Part shown: positions 9,270 through 17,890 of the stretch, piece by piece
How positions within the stretch are numbered: position 1 is the first letter of the stretch
Layout of the letters: the number at the start of each line of letters is the position of its first letter
IMG/VR virus record: IMGVR_UViG_3300043178_000202
Coordinates: 1 to 44,802 of that record
From: a virus
Taxonomy: Duplodnaviria > Caudoviricetes
Strand: one strand, 5' to 3'
DNA length: 44,802 nucleotides
Notes under the pieces: generated by a model
Told to the model about the DNA's origin: nothing
What the model saw: the letters and a program-made list of their open reading frames with translations, nothing else
Databases searched by the model: none
Position numbers and translations under genes: made by a program

Positions 9270-11282
9270 ATGGACGAGACGCGGCTCCTCGACGGCTTCA
9301 CGGACCCTCCCCGCTTCCCGCCCGCGTCGCCCGACCAGTCCGAGGCGGCCCAGGCGCGCGTCGAGCGGCTGCGACAGCAGTTCCTGGAGTACTGGTCGCA
9401 TCCTCTCTGGCAGCGCTGGCGCCGCCAGGCGGCGGAGGACTATGCCTTCGTCATCGGCGAGCAGTGGAATCCGGAGACGCGGCGACGTCTCGAAGCCGCG
9501 GATCGGGCCGTCCTGACCATCAACGAGGTCCGGCCCGTCATCGAGGTCCTCACGGGCTACGAGCGCGCGGCGCGGCTGGACGCGAAGCCCATCCCCGAGG
9601 GTCGCGAGGACCTGGAGAACGTGACGCTCCTGGCGCGCCTCATGAAGCGCGAGATGGACAATCGGGATGCCGAGTGGACGCTCTCCGAGGGCTTCAAGGA
9701 CGGCATCGTCACGGGGCTGGGGGTCTGGCGGATCGGCATCAGCTACGAGGACGATCCGATCCACGGGCAACCCGAGCTGCGGAAGCTCCGCCTCGGGGAA
9801 TGGCTGGCGGACCCCGCGGCGGAGCAGACCGACTTCTCGGATGCCCGCGCGCAGTTCTGGCATCGGATGGTGCCGCTGGAGGACGTGATCGCGCAGTGGC
9901 CCGAGCACGAGGACGCGATCCGCCGCGCCGCGGAGACCTATGCGGCCGCCGGCGCCTCGCTCGGGACGCAGGTCACGGAAGCCGTCCATCCGACGGATGC
10001 CTACCGTCAGACGGACGTGCTGGACGCGATCGCCTGGTTCGACGAGGTCGCGGGGGAGGTTCGCGCCGTCGAGGCGTGGTATCGAGAGTGGGAGACGGTC
10101 CATCTGCTCGTGAATCTCCTCGACGGTACGGTCGAGGAGATTCCCGACGATCCCATCGCGCTGGCGGCGGCGCGGGCCTGGGCCGAGAAGGACCCCGACG
10201 TCCGGATCATCCGTCGGCAGCGTCGCGTCGTCCGGCAGAGCACCATCCTGCCCGCGTTGGGGTTCGAACTGGAATTCGGGCAGCCCTTCGAGAACGACCG
10301 TCAGGAGTATCCCTTCGTCCCGTTCGTCTGCTACCGGGAGCTGGACGAGATCCTCGGCGTCGTCCGCAACCTCAAGGATGTCCAGCGCGAGATCAACAAG
10401 CGCCGCTCCGCCATGGCGGACAACGTGGCGCGGTACGGCGCGATCCGCTGGTTCGCGCACCGCGGGACGCTGGAGGACCCGACGAGTCTCGAGGCCGGAC
10501 AGGGCGCGGGGTACGTCTACTGGCTCCGCAGCGCGACCGCTCCCCCGCCCCAGGCCATCGCCCCGCCGTCGATGCCGACGTGGGTCTGGCAGATGCACAT
10601 GCTCGCGAAGCAGGAGGTCAAGGAGATTTCCGGCATCAACGCGGATCTCCTGGGCCAGCGCGATGCGGATGCCTCCGGGATCGCCATCGCGCGACGCCAG
10701 CAGCAGGGTCAGATCATCGCCACGGCGATCTTCGATGCCTACAAGCGGGCGCGTCGCCAGGTCGCGCGGCGGTTCGCGAAGCGCATTCAGCAGGTCTACA
10801 CGGCCGAGCGGACGATTCGCCTCGATACGGGCGCGCTCGACACCGACTTTGTCACGCTCAATCGTCGGCAGGTCGATGCGAAGGGTCGGATCACGACGAC
10901 GAACCGCATTCCCGACCTCAAGATCGACGTGGTGATCGCGGACAGCCCCTCGACGCCGACGGCGCGCCTGCACGCAGTCCAGACGTTGCTGGACCTCATG
11001 CAGCGCGTCCCGGCCGCGGCGCCCGCGATGATCGACTTCGTGATCGAGCTGTCGGATGTCCCGGAGCGCGAGCGGATCCTCGCGAGGCTCCGCGCGATGC
11101 TCCAGCGTCAGGGGCTCCTCGACGCCCAGGGCCAGCCCGTGGCGGCCGCCCCGCCGCCAGCGGCGCTCGGCACCCCGGGCCGGGAGCCGGGGCCGCCTGG
11201 GCAACCGAATCGCTACGAGCCGGGGGCGCTGCCGGTGCCGCCGGAGCTGGCGGCGCTCGGATCGCGCCGGCCCGGCCCCTGA
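9270..11282 (+). CDS. Portal protein (P22-like)
   Basis: EDYAFVIGEQW, LTINEVRP, GIVTGLG, PFVPF, KDVQREINKRRS and SGIAI..RQQQG motifs. Confidence 0.92.
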   Translation: MDETRLLDGFTDPPRFPPASPDQSEAAQARVERLRQQFLEYWSHPLWQRWRRQAAEDYAFVIGEQWNPETRRRLEAADRAVLTINEVRPVIEVLTGYERAARLDAKPIPEGREDLENVTLLARLMKREMDNRDAEWTLSEGFKDGIVTGLGVWRIGISYEDDPIHGQPELRKLRLGEWLADPAAEQTDFSDARAQFWHRMVPLEDVIAQWPEHEDAIRRAAETYAAAGASLGTQVTEAVHPTDAYRQTDVLDAIAWFDEVAGEVRAVEAWYREWETVHLLVNLLDGTVEEIPDDPIALAAARAWAEKDPDVRIIRRQRRVVRQSTILPALGFELEFGQPFENDRQEYPFVPFVCYRELDEILGVVRNLKDVQREINKRRSAMADNVARYGAIRWFAHRGTLEDPTSLEAGQGAGYVYWLRSATAPPPQAIAPPSMPTWVWQMHMLAKQEVKEISGINADLLGQRDADASGIAIARRQQQGQIIATAIFDAYKRARRQVARRFAKRIQQVYTAERTIRLDTGALDTDFVTLNRRQVDAKGRITTTNRIPDLKIDVVIADSPSTPTARLHAVQTLLDLMQRVPAAAPAMIDFVIELSDVPERERILARLRAMLQRQGLLDAQGQPVAAAPPPAALGTPGREPGPPGQPNRYEPGALPVPPELAALGSRRPGP

Positions 11283-11300
11283 GGAGAGAGGAGGGCGAGC

Positions 11301-11639
11301 ATGGCGACCGTTCAGCCGACGGTGCGGGCGATGCAGGTCGGGGTCATGGAGATCGTCTGGGACGGGCTCAACACTGGCGATGACGGCGAGTGGGTGGCGG
11401 GGCTCTCCCGGTACCCCATCAAGACCGTCGATGTCTCGGGCACGACGGTGACGGACGTGAGCCTGCAGGGCCGCGATCAGAGTCAGGTTGCCCGCACGCT
11501 CAACGACTCGCGCGGCCAGGGCAATTCCCTCCAGTTCGCGGCGCCCGGCTTCCGCGAGGTGCTCGAAAACGCGGATGCGATCCGCCCGCTCGTGACGACC
11601 GGCGCCGCCGTGCGTGTCCGGCTCGTCGCGGCGCGCTGA
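11301..11639 (+). CDS. Hypothetical virion protein
   Basis: GAGGAG RBS, beta-rich, located in the head module. Confidence 0.65.
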   Translation: MATVQPTVRAMQVGVMEIVWDGLNTGDDGEWVAGLSRYPIKTVDVSGTTVTDVSLQGRDQSQVARTLNDSRGQGNSLQFAAPGFREVLENADAIRPLVTTGAAVRVRLVAAR

Positions 11640-11649
11640 GACCCCCGCG

Positions 11650-11859
11650 ATGCCGTGGCGGCGGGTCTGGGCGCTGGGCCGCGATACCTACATCCGCCTC
11701 TACCCCAACCCGGGGTGCGGCCTGTGCTGCGGTCGCTATCGGATCGCGCTGAGCTGGCGAGGCGGCCTGGAGTGTTTCGAGCGGCATCCCCGCCTGGTCT
11801 GGCGACGTCGCTGGGCGTGGGGGAGCCGGATCGACCGACCCGGGACGCGGAGGAGCTAA
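11650..11859 (+). CDS. Small Trp/Arg/Cys-rich hypothetical protein
   Basis: Fills the gap between structural genes. Weak RBS. Confidence 0.4.
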   Translation: MPWRRVWALGRDTYIRLYPNPGCGLCCGRYRIALSWRGGLECFERHPRLVWRRRWAWGSRIDRPGTRRS

Positions 11860-11862
11860 CCC

Positions 11863-12309
11863 ATGCCACAGTTCGCCCGGCCTTCGGCGGATACCAACAA
11901 CCCCGGGGCCTACACCACACAGACCGGCGGGAGCACGAACCTCTACCAGACCATCGACGAGGTCACGGCGGACGACGCGGATTACATCCAGAGCCCCACG
12001 TCGCCCTCGAGCGCGGTCTACGTGACGAAGCTCTCCTCCATCACGGATCCGACGAGTTCGGCAGGCCACGTCATGCGGATGCGGACCTCGGTGAGCCTGG
12101 ACAATCAGGAGAACATCACGATCACGCAGGAACTCCGGCAGGGGTACGCGAGTGAGGGATCCCAGGGAACCCTCATCGCGAGCCAGTCGCGCGCCTCGAT
12201 CACGAGCACGACCTGGACCTCCAGTACCTATACCTTGAGCGGAGCCGAGGCGGACGCCATCACCGACTACACGGCGCTCTACTACCGGTTCGTCGCGACC
12301 GTCGTCTAA
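11863..12309 (+). CDS. Ser/Thr-rich putative virion surface protein
   Basis: GGAGGAG RBS. MPQFARPSAD...LYQTIDEVTADDADYI beta-rich sequence. Confidence 0.7.
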   Translation: MPQFARPSADTNNPGAYTTQTGGSTNLYQTIDEVTADDADYIQSPTSPSSAVYVTKLSSITDPTSSAGHVMRMRTSVSLDNQENITITQELRQGYASEGSQGTLIASQSRASITSTTWTSSTYTLSGAEADAITDYTALYYRFVATVV

Positions 12310-12372
12310 CGGCGCGCATCATCCGCATCGGGCGATGGCCGCTCGCGAGCCATCGCCGGTGACGAGGCATCG

Positions 12373-13323
12373 ATGGCCTTCCCTCAGGTCGCCGGGACCG
12401 CCACCACGAACGGGTCCACTGCGGCGACCGACAAAGTGTGCAATCTGCCCTCCGGGATCGCGAGCGGCAATCTCCTGCTCCTCGTCCTCCGCAGCGCCGC
12501 CGCCGACACCCACACGACCCCGAGCGGCTGGACCGCGCTCTTCGCGAACGAGACCGACGCCTCGGGGGGCGACATCACCTCCTGCTGGTACCGGGTGGCG
12601 AGCGGGACCGAAGGCACGACCGTCACCGTCAACGGGACGGCCAGCACGAAATTCGCCTCGCTGGCCTATCGGATCGCCGCGCATGACTCGACGACGCCGC
12701 CGGCCGTCAGCACGCGCGCCACCGGGACCAGCACGACACCCAATCCGCCCGCGCTGACGCCGGGCGGCGGGGCGCAAGACTACCTCTGGCTCTGGATGGG
12801 CGGCTGGCAGGGGGAGCAGACCTCGCCGCCCGCCGGGACGCCGACCAACTACACGGACCCGATCGGCGCCAGCAGCGGCACCGCCGGCTCGACCAGCACG
12901 AACTGCCGCGTGGCCTCCGCCCGCCGGACGCTCACGGCGGCCAGCGAAGACCCGCCCGCGTGGACCATCTCGGTCTCGGATGTCTGGCGGGCCTGGACGG
13001 TCGCCGTCTTCCCGGCCCAGCCGACCCGGGGCCGGGTGGCGTGGGTCGAACTGGAAGCCCCCCTGCTGCCGACCCGGGGCCGGGTCTCGTGGACCGAGCT
13101 CGAGGCGCCGCTCGCCCCCACCCGGGGCCGGATCGCCTGGGCCGAGCTCGAGGCGCCGCTCGACCCGACCCGAGGACGGCTCTCGTGGACGGAGTTAGAA
13201 GTCCCCAGTCAGCCCACCCGCGGCCGGGTCGCCTGGGCCGAGCTCGAGGCGCCGGATGTCGGCGGCATGGTCAGCTTCTCGCTCTACCCGTTTCATCGTG
13301 TCCGGAAGCGCCGGGATCCCTGA
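12373..13323 (+). CDS. Putative virion surface protein with five C-terminal 16-aa repeats
   Basis: LPSGIASGNLLLL..TPSGWT beta-sandwich-like domain followed by PTRGR(V/I/L)(A/S)W.ELE(A/V)P x5. Confidence 0.75.
   Translation: MAFPQVAGTATTNGSTAATDKVCNLPSGIASGNLLLLVLRSAAADTHTTPSGWTALFANETDASGGDITSCWYRVASGTEGTTVTVNGTASTKFASLAYRIAAHDSTTPPAVSTRATGTSTTPNPPALTPGGGAQDYLWLWMGGWQGEQTSPPAGTPTNYTDPIGASSGTAGSTSTNCRVASARRTLTAASEDPPAWTISVSDVWRAWTVAVFPAQPTRGRVAWVELEAPLLPTRGRVSWTELEAPLAPTRGRIAWAELEAPLDPTRGRLSWTELEVPSQPTRGRVAWAELEAPDVGGMVSFSLYPFHRVRKRRDP
13015..13255 (+). repeat. Five imperfect 48-bp tandem coding repeats
   Basis: The repeats encode PTRGRxxWxELEAP units. Confidence 0.85.
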
Positions 13324-13488
13324 GGGCGGGCCCCGGGCAACGAGCGGGGACGGAACTCGTGGTATGCAAGAAGCAGAGCCAGCCCGGCCCGGATGGGCCG
13401 CCTGGCCCGGGCGGTATGCGTGTCGGGGTGCCACCCCCGTGATCAAGGCTTCGGGCCCCGGGCCCGCATCCCCGGGAGAGGGAGGACC

Positions 13489-14394
13489 ATGATGGCCGAG
13501 ACGGAGACGACCACCCCACAGGACGACGTCCTGGAGGTCGAGCTCCCCCCGGAGCTGGCCCAGGCGGTCCAGGAGGCGCCGGCAGAGACGCCGGCGGCCG
13601 AGGCGGTCCCTGCGGAGGAGGCCGGCGCGCCCGAGACGGTCGCGGCCCCCATCCCCGCCCCCGAGGAGGAACCCGCCAAGGCGGCCAAGCGGCCCATGGT
13701 GCCCAAGGCCGCGCTCGATGAGGAGCGCGCCCGACGTAAGGAGTATCAGCGACGCTACGAGGAGGCCGAGCGCGCCCGTCAGGCGTATCTCGCCGAGGTC
13801 GCGCGCGCGCGGGCCGAGGCCGAGGCCCGGGCTCGGGCGCAGGTGCGGCCCGACTACGATCAGATGGCCAGTCTCCGCGACGTCGCGGAGGCGATCCGTC
13901 AGGAGACGCTCTCGGAGGTCCAGCAGGAGCTGGCCAAGCGGGACATGCTCATCCTCCGCGAGCGGGTCCGGCGATCACAGGCGGAGTTCGAACGCGACCA
14001 TTCCGACTATCGAGACGTCTTGCAGCGCAGCGGGGTCCTGGACGACATCCGTCCCGGGCCGACCGGCGAGCCCAAGGATCCCTGGCTGCATCGCCACATC
14101 TTCCTCTCGGACGACCCGGCCCGGACGGCCTACGAGTACGCCCAGGGCCGGCTCGCGACCGAACTGAAGGCGGATGCGGAGGTCCGGGGCGAAGCCCGGG
14201 GCCGACGCGAGATGGTACGACAGCTCGTGCGCGCGGCCGAACGGCCGCGGGGCATCGGCGGCCTGCCCGGTGCCACCACCGCGCGGACGGGCATCACGCG
14301 GAGCCAGATCGCGGGGTTGTCCGACGCCGCGAAAGTCCGGCTCAAGCGCGAGCGCCCGGACGTGTGGGAGTGGTATCTGGGCGGCGGCGGCTGA
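13489..14394 (+). CDS. Capsid scaffolding protein
   Basis: GGAGG RBS, acidic N-terminus, MVPKAALDEERARRK motif, coiled coil, directly before the major capsid gene. Confidence 0.8.
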   Translation: MMAETETTTPQDDVLEVELPPELAQAVQEAPAETPAAEAVPAEEAGAPETVAAPIPAPEEEPAKAAKRPMVPKAALDEERARRKEYQRRYEEAERARQAYLAEVARARAEAEARARAQVRPDYDQMASLRDVAEAIRQETLSEVQQELAKRDMLILRERVRRSQAEFERDHSDYRDVLQRSGVLDDIRPGPTGEPKDPWLHRHIFLSDDPARTAYEYAQGRLATELKADAEVRGEARGRREMVRQLVRAAERPRGIGGLPGATTARTGITRSQIAGLSDAAKVRLKRERPDVWEWYLGGGG

Positions 14395-14412
14395 GCGAAG
14401 GAGAGACGATCC

Positions 14413-15534
14413 ATGCGGTCCTGGTCCTGGTCCTGGTTCCGATCCTGGTTCCGGCGTCTCCGGGCCTGGGGCGAGGGACGCGCGTCCCACCAGGCGGCGA
14501 TGACGCCGACGCTGGCCCTGCTCGCGCAGGGCCGCTCCATCGCGGGCGGTGCCGACACCACCGTCGCCTCGGGCTCGGCCATCGCCGTGCAGGCGTGGTC
14601 GGACGAGATCTGGCTCGAACTGCCGGAGCAGGTGTTCATGGCCAGCTACATGCAGAAGGACGTGAACGCCATCATCCAGGTCAAGGACGACCTGGACGGC
14701 GAACCGGGCGAGAAGATCACCTTCACGCTCGCTCGGCAGCTCTCGGGGGCCGGCGTGTCCGGCGACAGCACGCTCGAAGGCTCCGAGGAGGCGATGGTCT
14801 TCTACTCGGACGCCGTCACCCTCAATCAGTACCGCAACGGCGTCCGCCTGGCCGGTCGGCTCTCGGAGCGGCGCACGGCGTTCGAGCAGCGGAAGGTCGC
14901 CAAGCAGCTCCTCAAGGACTGGCTCGCCGACCAGATCGACGACAAGATTTTCTCGGTGCTCTCGACCTCGCCGTCAGCGGGCCGGGTGGCGTATGGCGGG
15001 GATGCGGTCTCGACGGCCACCATCGAGGCGGGCGACTACTTGACGCTCGCGCTCATCACGCGCGTCAAGATCATCGCCCGCAAGGCGACCCCGCAGATCT
15101 TCCCCGTGCGGGTGGATGGCGGCGACTACTTCGTGCTCGTCGTGTCGCCCGACTCGCTCCACGATCTCAAGATCTACGATCCCGCCTGGGCGCAGGCCCA
15201 GCGTGACGCGCAGGAGCGTGGCAACAAGAACCCCCTCTTCACGGGCGCGGAGGGCCTGTGGGACGGGGTGGTGATTCGCTCCTGCACCCGGGTCGCGACC
15301 ACGACGAACTGGGGCGCCGGCTCGAACCTCACCGGGTCGGAGAACCTCTTCCTCGGCCGACAGGCGGGCGTCTTCGCCTGGGGCGAGCGGCCGCAGTGGG
15401 TCGAGCAGAGCTTCGACTACGCGAACAAGATCGGGTTCGCGATCTCGGCCATCTACGACGTGAAGAAGGCCACCTTCAACAGCGTGGACAACGGCGTCAT
15501 CACCGTCCGGACCTATCGGTCGAACATCAGCTAA
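14413..15534 (+). CDS. Major capsid protein (N4-gp56/DUF4043 type) with a 46-aa N-terminal leader
   Basis: AVQAWS, DLDGEPGEKITF, GVSGDSTLEGSEEAM, NPLFTGAEG.WDGV and FDYAN motifs. AAGGAG RBS before 14413. Confidence 0.9.
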   Translation: MRSWSWSWFRSWFRRLRAWGEGRASHQAAMTPTLALLAQGRSIAGGADTTVASGSAIAVQAWSDEIWLELPEQVFMASYMQKDVNAIIQVKDDLDGEPGEKITFTLARQLSGAGVSGDSTLEGSEEAMVFYSDAVTLNQYRNGVRLAGRLSERRTAFEQRKVAKQLLKDWLADQIDDKIFSVLSTSPSAGRVAYGGDAVSTATIEAGDYLTLALITRVKIIARKATPQIFPVRVDGGDYFVLVVSPDSLHDLKIYDPAWAQAQRDAQERGNKNPLFTGAEGLWDGVVIRSCTRVATTTNWGAGSNLTGSENLFLGRQAGVFAWGERPQWVEQSFDYANKIGFAISAIYDVKKATFNSVDNGVITVRTYRSNIS

Positions 15535-15539
15535 CCGCC

Positions 15540-15592
15540 GCGCGGGAGCGGGGCGGCGGAGGGCCCGGGCCTTCGCGCCCCGCCACCCGCGC
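15540..15592 (+). other. Long GC-rich hairpin after the capsid gene (no U-tract)
   Basis: GCGCGGG-GCGGGGCG ... CGCCCCGC-CCCGCGC inverted repeat immediately after the stop codon. Confidence 0.45.
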
Positions 15593-15612
15593 GCGTGGCG
15601 CGGAGGCCCAGG

Positions 15613-16182
15613 ATGCCACGGAAACCCACCGACGAGGCCGACGGGCTGGAGCCGCCGTCGCGCGGTATCGCCGCGATCGCGGACTCCGATCCCGGGACGG
15701 CCGCGTCCGACGCGCATGAGATCACGCTGCGACCGCCGCAGCTCGAGCAGGCCGATCCGACCTTCTGGTCTGTCGAGGCCCGGGTCGTCTACCTCGGCAA
15801 CCATCCCCAGAAGTCCGTCTATCTCCGGGGCTCGGTGCGGGAGATGATCGATCCGCGCGATCCCTCGGGGCAGCGCGTGCTGTATCTGCCCTCGATGGAG
15901 GGCGCGACGACCTACGACTTTTCCGCCCTCGACACCCGTGGCCGGCCCATCTCGGAGCGTCGGACGCCGCGGGACGGTCGTCCCTGGACGCTCTGCCGGC
16001 ACATCGGTCATCTCGCCTGGTTCCTGCGCCACGAGGGCCCGGATCAGGCGCCCGAGTTCCTGGTCCGCGCGACCCCGGAGGTCGCGGAGAAGATCCAGCG
16101 CTACACCCGCTCGGAGCTCGAACACGAGCGGCGAGAGATCGATCGCGGCCGCCCGGTCCTCGTGGCCATGGGCCTGGCCTGA
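15613..16182 (+). CDS. Hypothetical protein
   Basis: GGAGG upstream and typical codon bias. Confidence 0.65.
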   Translation: MPRKPTDEADGLEPPSRGIAAIADSDPGTAASDAHEITLRPPQLEQADPTFWSVEARVVYLGNHPQKSVYLRGSVREMIDPRDPSGQRVLYLPSMEGATTYDFSALDTRGRPISERRTPRDGRPWTLCRHIGHLAWFLRHEGPDQAPEFLVRATPEVAEKIQRYTRSELEHERREIDRGRPVLVAMGLA

Positions 16183-16200
16183 GCGGGAAGGAGGTCGTCC

Positions 16201-16701
16201 ATGTCGGTCATCCATCCGCGAGCGGTTCGAGCGGACAAGGACCTGTTCAACCTCTTGCAGGCGTTGACGAACCGGGTGTTCAACAACCCCGGGCTCGCCG
16301 CGGGCACCACGAACACGCGCGTCAAGACCGCGAATGCCGTGACGTATGCCATCGGGGGCCGCCTCTACTCGAAGGCCGCGACGGATCCGGTGGACGATTT
16401 CGACGGGGCCTTCACCAACACGGCGGCCGGCCAGTTCTGCAAGGTCCGGCTGGAGATCGATGCCTCCGGCGTCGTCTCGGGGAGTCAGGGCGTCATCGCC
16501 TCCGCGCAGGCACTCGCCCCGATGCCTCGCCGGAGCGCGAACAAGGCGACCCTCGGCTGGATCGAGATTCCGGCCTCCTTCACCTTCGGCACGACGTCCT
16601 ACGGGACGGCGACCTTCTTCAACGGGGACCCCGATCTGCACGACGGGTCCATCCCGCCCCACGACCGGGGCCTGAGCCAGGACGTGCTGACCGGCCCGTA
16701 G
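16201..16701 (+). CDS. Putative capsid decoration/structural protein
   Basis: AGGAGG RBS, beta-rich, located after the capsid gene. Confidence 0.65.
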   Translation: MSVIHPRAVRADKDLFNLLQALTNRVFNNPGLAAGTTNTRVKTANAVTYAIGGRLYSKAATDPVDDFDGAFTNTAAGQFCKVRLEIDASGVVSGSQGVIASAQALAPMPRRSANKATLGWIEIPASFTFGTTSYGTATFFNGDPDLHDGSIPPHDRGLSQDVLTGP

Positions 16702-16722
16702 GCCGGAGAGGAGTGACGACCG

Positions 16723-16980
16723 ATGGCCACCACATCCGCCGACACCGTGTATCGGAGCTATGGTCCCTTCGCCCCTGACCGCGAGCCGCGTCCCATCGAT
16801 CGGCATCCCGGGCAGGCCGGCCCGGCCGGCTCGCCGGGCATGCTGACCGCCTTCGGGCGCACGCCCGAGGCGACCCGCATCGATCAGACGCGCCGCGAGA
16901 CGGTCAGCCAGCCGTTCCGGCAGTCGACCGAGGCGCAGATCCGCGGGACGACCCGACCGGGGCGACCGCGCCCGGCGTAA
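16723..16980 (+). CDS. Hypothetical protein
   Basis: GAGGAG RBS. Confidence 0.55.
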   Translation: MATTSADTVYRSYGPFAPDREPRPIDRHPGQAGPAGSPGMLTAFGRTPEATRIDQTRRETVSQPFRQSTEAQIRGTTRPGRPRPA

Positions 16981-17008
16981 CGTCGCACGCCCCGCGGGCG
17001 GCTGAGCC

Positions 17009-17890
17009 ATGCTCAGCACCTTCACGGAGCTGGTGCAGGATGTCCTCGACCGGGCCGGCGAGAATCCGTCCGACACCAGCGGCGACTTCTACGCGGCCGC
17101 GCAGCGCCAGGTGGTGCGGGCGTACCGCGAGCTGTGCAACAAATACCCGTTCCTCTGGTTGCGGGCGTCGCGGCCCGCCGTCTTCGTGACGGTCGCTCCC
17201 TACACCACGGGGACCGTGACGCTCACGGCGGGCTCGACGACCGCCACGCTGGCCCCGGCGCCCGATGCGGGCCTGGGCAGCTTCGCGGGGCGCAAGCTCG
17301 TGCCGACCGGCACGGCCCTGGGCTTCGTGCGGATCGTGAGCCATACGGCGGGCGCCGCGACCCTGACGCTCGACGTGAGCTGGCCGGGCGAGTCGGGGAC
17401 CGCGCCCTTCACGCTCTATCAGGACGAGTACACGCTGACGACCCCCACCACGGGGGCGTCGATCCGGCATCTCCTCGGCATCTACGCCGCCCAGGATGGC
17501 CGGGCCATCCCGTTGCGGAGTGAGGTCTGGCTCCGGGAGCAGTGGCCCGAGCCCCGACAGGGCAGCGAACATCCCGTCGAGGCGGCACGGGTCGGCATGG
17601 CCACGATCCGGCTCAGCCACTACCCGACGGTCGCGCGGCGCTACGAGGTCCCGCATACCATCTACCCGGAGGATCTCGATACGGCGTCAACCGCACACGT
17701 GCCGCTGAGCTATCGGCAGGTCATCGCCGATGGCGCGCTCTACTTCCTCCATCTCATGCGGAATGACAACCGCGCGGATGCGGCGGGCGTGCTGTTCGGG
17801 CGCAGCGTCGACGCGCTCATCGTGGAGGACGAGCGGCTGGCCCTGAGCGTCCACGGTCCCCGCATGCCGGCGTCGGGTCCCTATCGCTGA
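17009..17890 (+). CDS. Head-tail adaptor protein
   Basis: TFTELVQDVLDR N-terminal helix, YPFLWLR, and C-terminal VP..YRQVIADGALY. Position precedes the nozzle gene. Confidence 0.7.
   Translation: MLSTFTELVQDVLDRAGENPSDTSGDFYAAAQRQVVRAYRELCNKYPFLWLRASRPAVFVTVAPYTTGTVTLTAGSTTATLAPAPDAGLGSFAGRKLVPTGTALGFVRIVSHTAGAATLTLDVSWPGESGTAPFTLYQDEYTLTTPTTGASIRHLLGIYAAQDGRAIPLRSEVWLREQWPEPRQGSEHPVEAARVGMATIRLSHYPTVARRYEVPHTIYPEDLDTASTAHVPLSYRQVIADGALYFLHLMRNDNRADAAGVLFGRSVDALIVEDERLALSVHGPRMPASGPYR

Noticed and set aside
13015-13255. CRISPR-like array
   Set aside because: The repeats are in-frame coding repeats without unique spacers, and there are no cas genes.
13324-13488. Structured RNA or riboswitch upstream of the scaffold gene
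   Set aside because: Several GC hairpins are present but are expected by chance at this GC content, and no known motif is recognised.
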